A stretch of DNA of 64,000 bases, from the NCBI GenBank assembly GCA_012295275.1, contig CM022677.1, positions 24,986,001-25,050,000 of the forward strand, written 5' to 3'. Shown here piece after piece: positions 62,498 through 64,000 of this stretch. The notes below the pieces were generated by a model. It searched no databases. It was not told the origin of the DNA and saw only the letters and a list, made by a program, of their open reading frames with translations. A program made the translations under genes and the position numbers. How positions within the stretch are numbered: position 1 is the stretch's first letter; every line of letters starts with the position of its first letter. Origin of the DNA: Chrysomallon squamiferum (Eukaryota > Animalia > Mollusca).

Positions 62498-63139
62498 TTT
62501 TTGTTAACCTTTTAAGCTACTACAAAAATATTTGTTTTCCCGCATACTCTAACTTAATACTGACATTTTATCAGCTATTAATAAACAAACTAAACTGCAG
62601 TGAGACAGAACTGTATCTACACTACCTACTAAACCAGACATTAATTGTAAAATAAAATATCTCTGGTGTTAATTTATTCGTTAAAAACATCCACGATTAA
62701 TATATTTTGACACTGTGTCGCTTAAACGATGCAGTGAATTCTTTTAAATTGTTTCTATAAACAGCTTAACTGCAGTTTATTGATCGAAAGCGTCATTCAA
62801 AAGGGAAATAAAATAACAGTTACATCAAGACCGAAGACGTTTATGTCAGTTAAAGAACGTTAACGACGACGTCATTGTCCAGATCAAATGACTCAGGTGT
62901 ATTTTAATGTCCTTATTATGGGTGCCAAAATGACCAGAGTAGATAAAAAGTTCAGCGGTGAAGAAAATGGAAACAATTCTTTCTTTCTCACTGGATAAAG
63001 CAATTTTTATTGGTCCGTCATTGTGTCTTCGTTTTTATGTATTTTTGCTGATTATGTAGTGTGTATGTTTGTGTGCGTGCTTGAGTGTATGGTGTGTGTG
63101 TGTGGTGTGTGTATGTTTGTGTGCGTGCTTGAGTGTATG

Positions 63140-63170
<31 letters not shown>

Positions 63171-63485
63171 CGCGCGCGCGCGCGCTCTTATCTATATGTG
63201 TGTGTGTACACTTGTCGAGGTCATACAGAGATACAAACCACATATATATATATTCGGATATATGCAAACATACTAACATACACACACTCGTGTATATATA
63301 TCTATAATATTACAATTCTTTAATTAAATAAAGTTACAATTGTAAATATAAGAGATATGTTATATTCTGCTGCAGTTGTGATGTTCGTGATTGGCCATCG
63401 CAGTTAGCTTTATAGATAGAAGGACAAAGAGACAGCTATATATAGATATTTGAACAGATAGATAGTTGAACACACACATATATAT

Positions 63486-63575
<90 letters not shown>

Positions 63576-64000
63576 AAATAGATAACAGGCACACGGACAC
63601 AAAGATATATTTATTTATACACGTGTTCATTTATTCGTTCATTTAGTCTGAATTTGGTTTATTAGAAAAAAAAAAAAAACACCTGAATCTACCACAGTAA
63701 CTTTGGACTAATATTAATTATCTAATATTATAAATGTACCGATATTTTGAAGAATAGTTTTAGAGAGAGAAAATGTTTTAAAGGTTTCGATTATGCACTT
63801 TCCTGTCTTTGTATAGGTAATCTGTAGAGAGAGAGAGAAAGATAAAAAAAGATCCAACCCCTCAAACTACCATGTAGATTAAAGAAGCAGTATAAGATTA
63901 ATAAAGGTTGATTTATCCAGGGAAAAAGAAAGAATTGTTTCGATTTTCTTCACTGTTGAAGTTTTTATCTACTTTGTTCATTTTGCCACCCATGATAAGG

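Overview
AT-rich, microsatellite-dense eukaryotic (animal) genomic DNA. The gene content and repeat style suggest a mollusc or other lophotrochozoan, possibly a cephalopod; this is an inference only. Most entries in the ORF track are translated microsatellites. Reading splice sites and codon phases by hand gives three intron-rich minus-strand genes in tandem. (1) 8294-38051: a type II membrane M1 zinc aminopeptidase (GAMEN, HELAH...NEGFA; 19 coding exons, about 970 aa) with two phase-compatible alternative first exons. (2) 41168-55053: AP-4 complex subunit epsilon (20 exons, about 985 aa) with a U12-type AT-AC intron, no recognisable C-terminal ear domain, and a synonymously diverged duplicate mini-exon. 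(3) 56049-61694: a secreted protein with a Cu/Zn-SOD fold that lacks the metal ligands, has a microexon-encoded basic insert in place of the Zn loop, and ends in a roughly 430-aa disordered acidic tail. A recurring oddity is that many intronic tandem arrays are built from copies of the adjacent exon-intron junction. The clearest case is 7 extra copies of the catalytic NEGFA exon end plus its donor, spaced by (TG)n. No CRISPR arrays, rRNA or convincing intact tRNA were seen.
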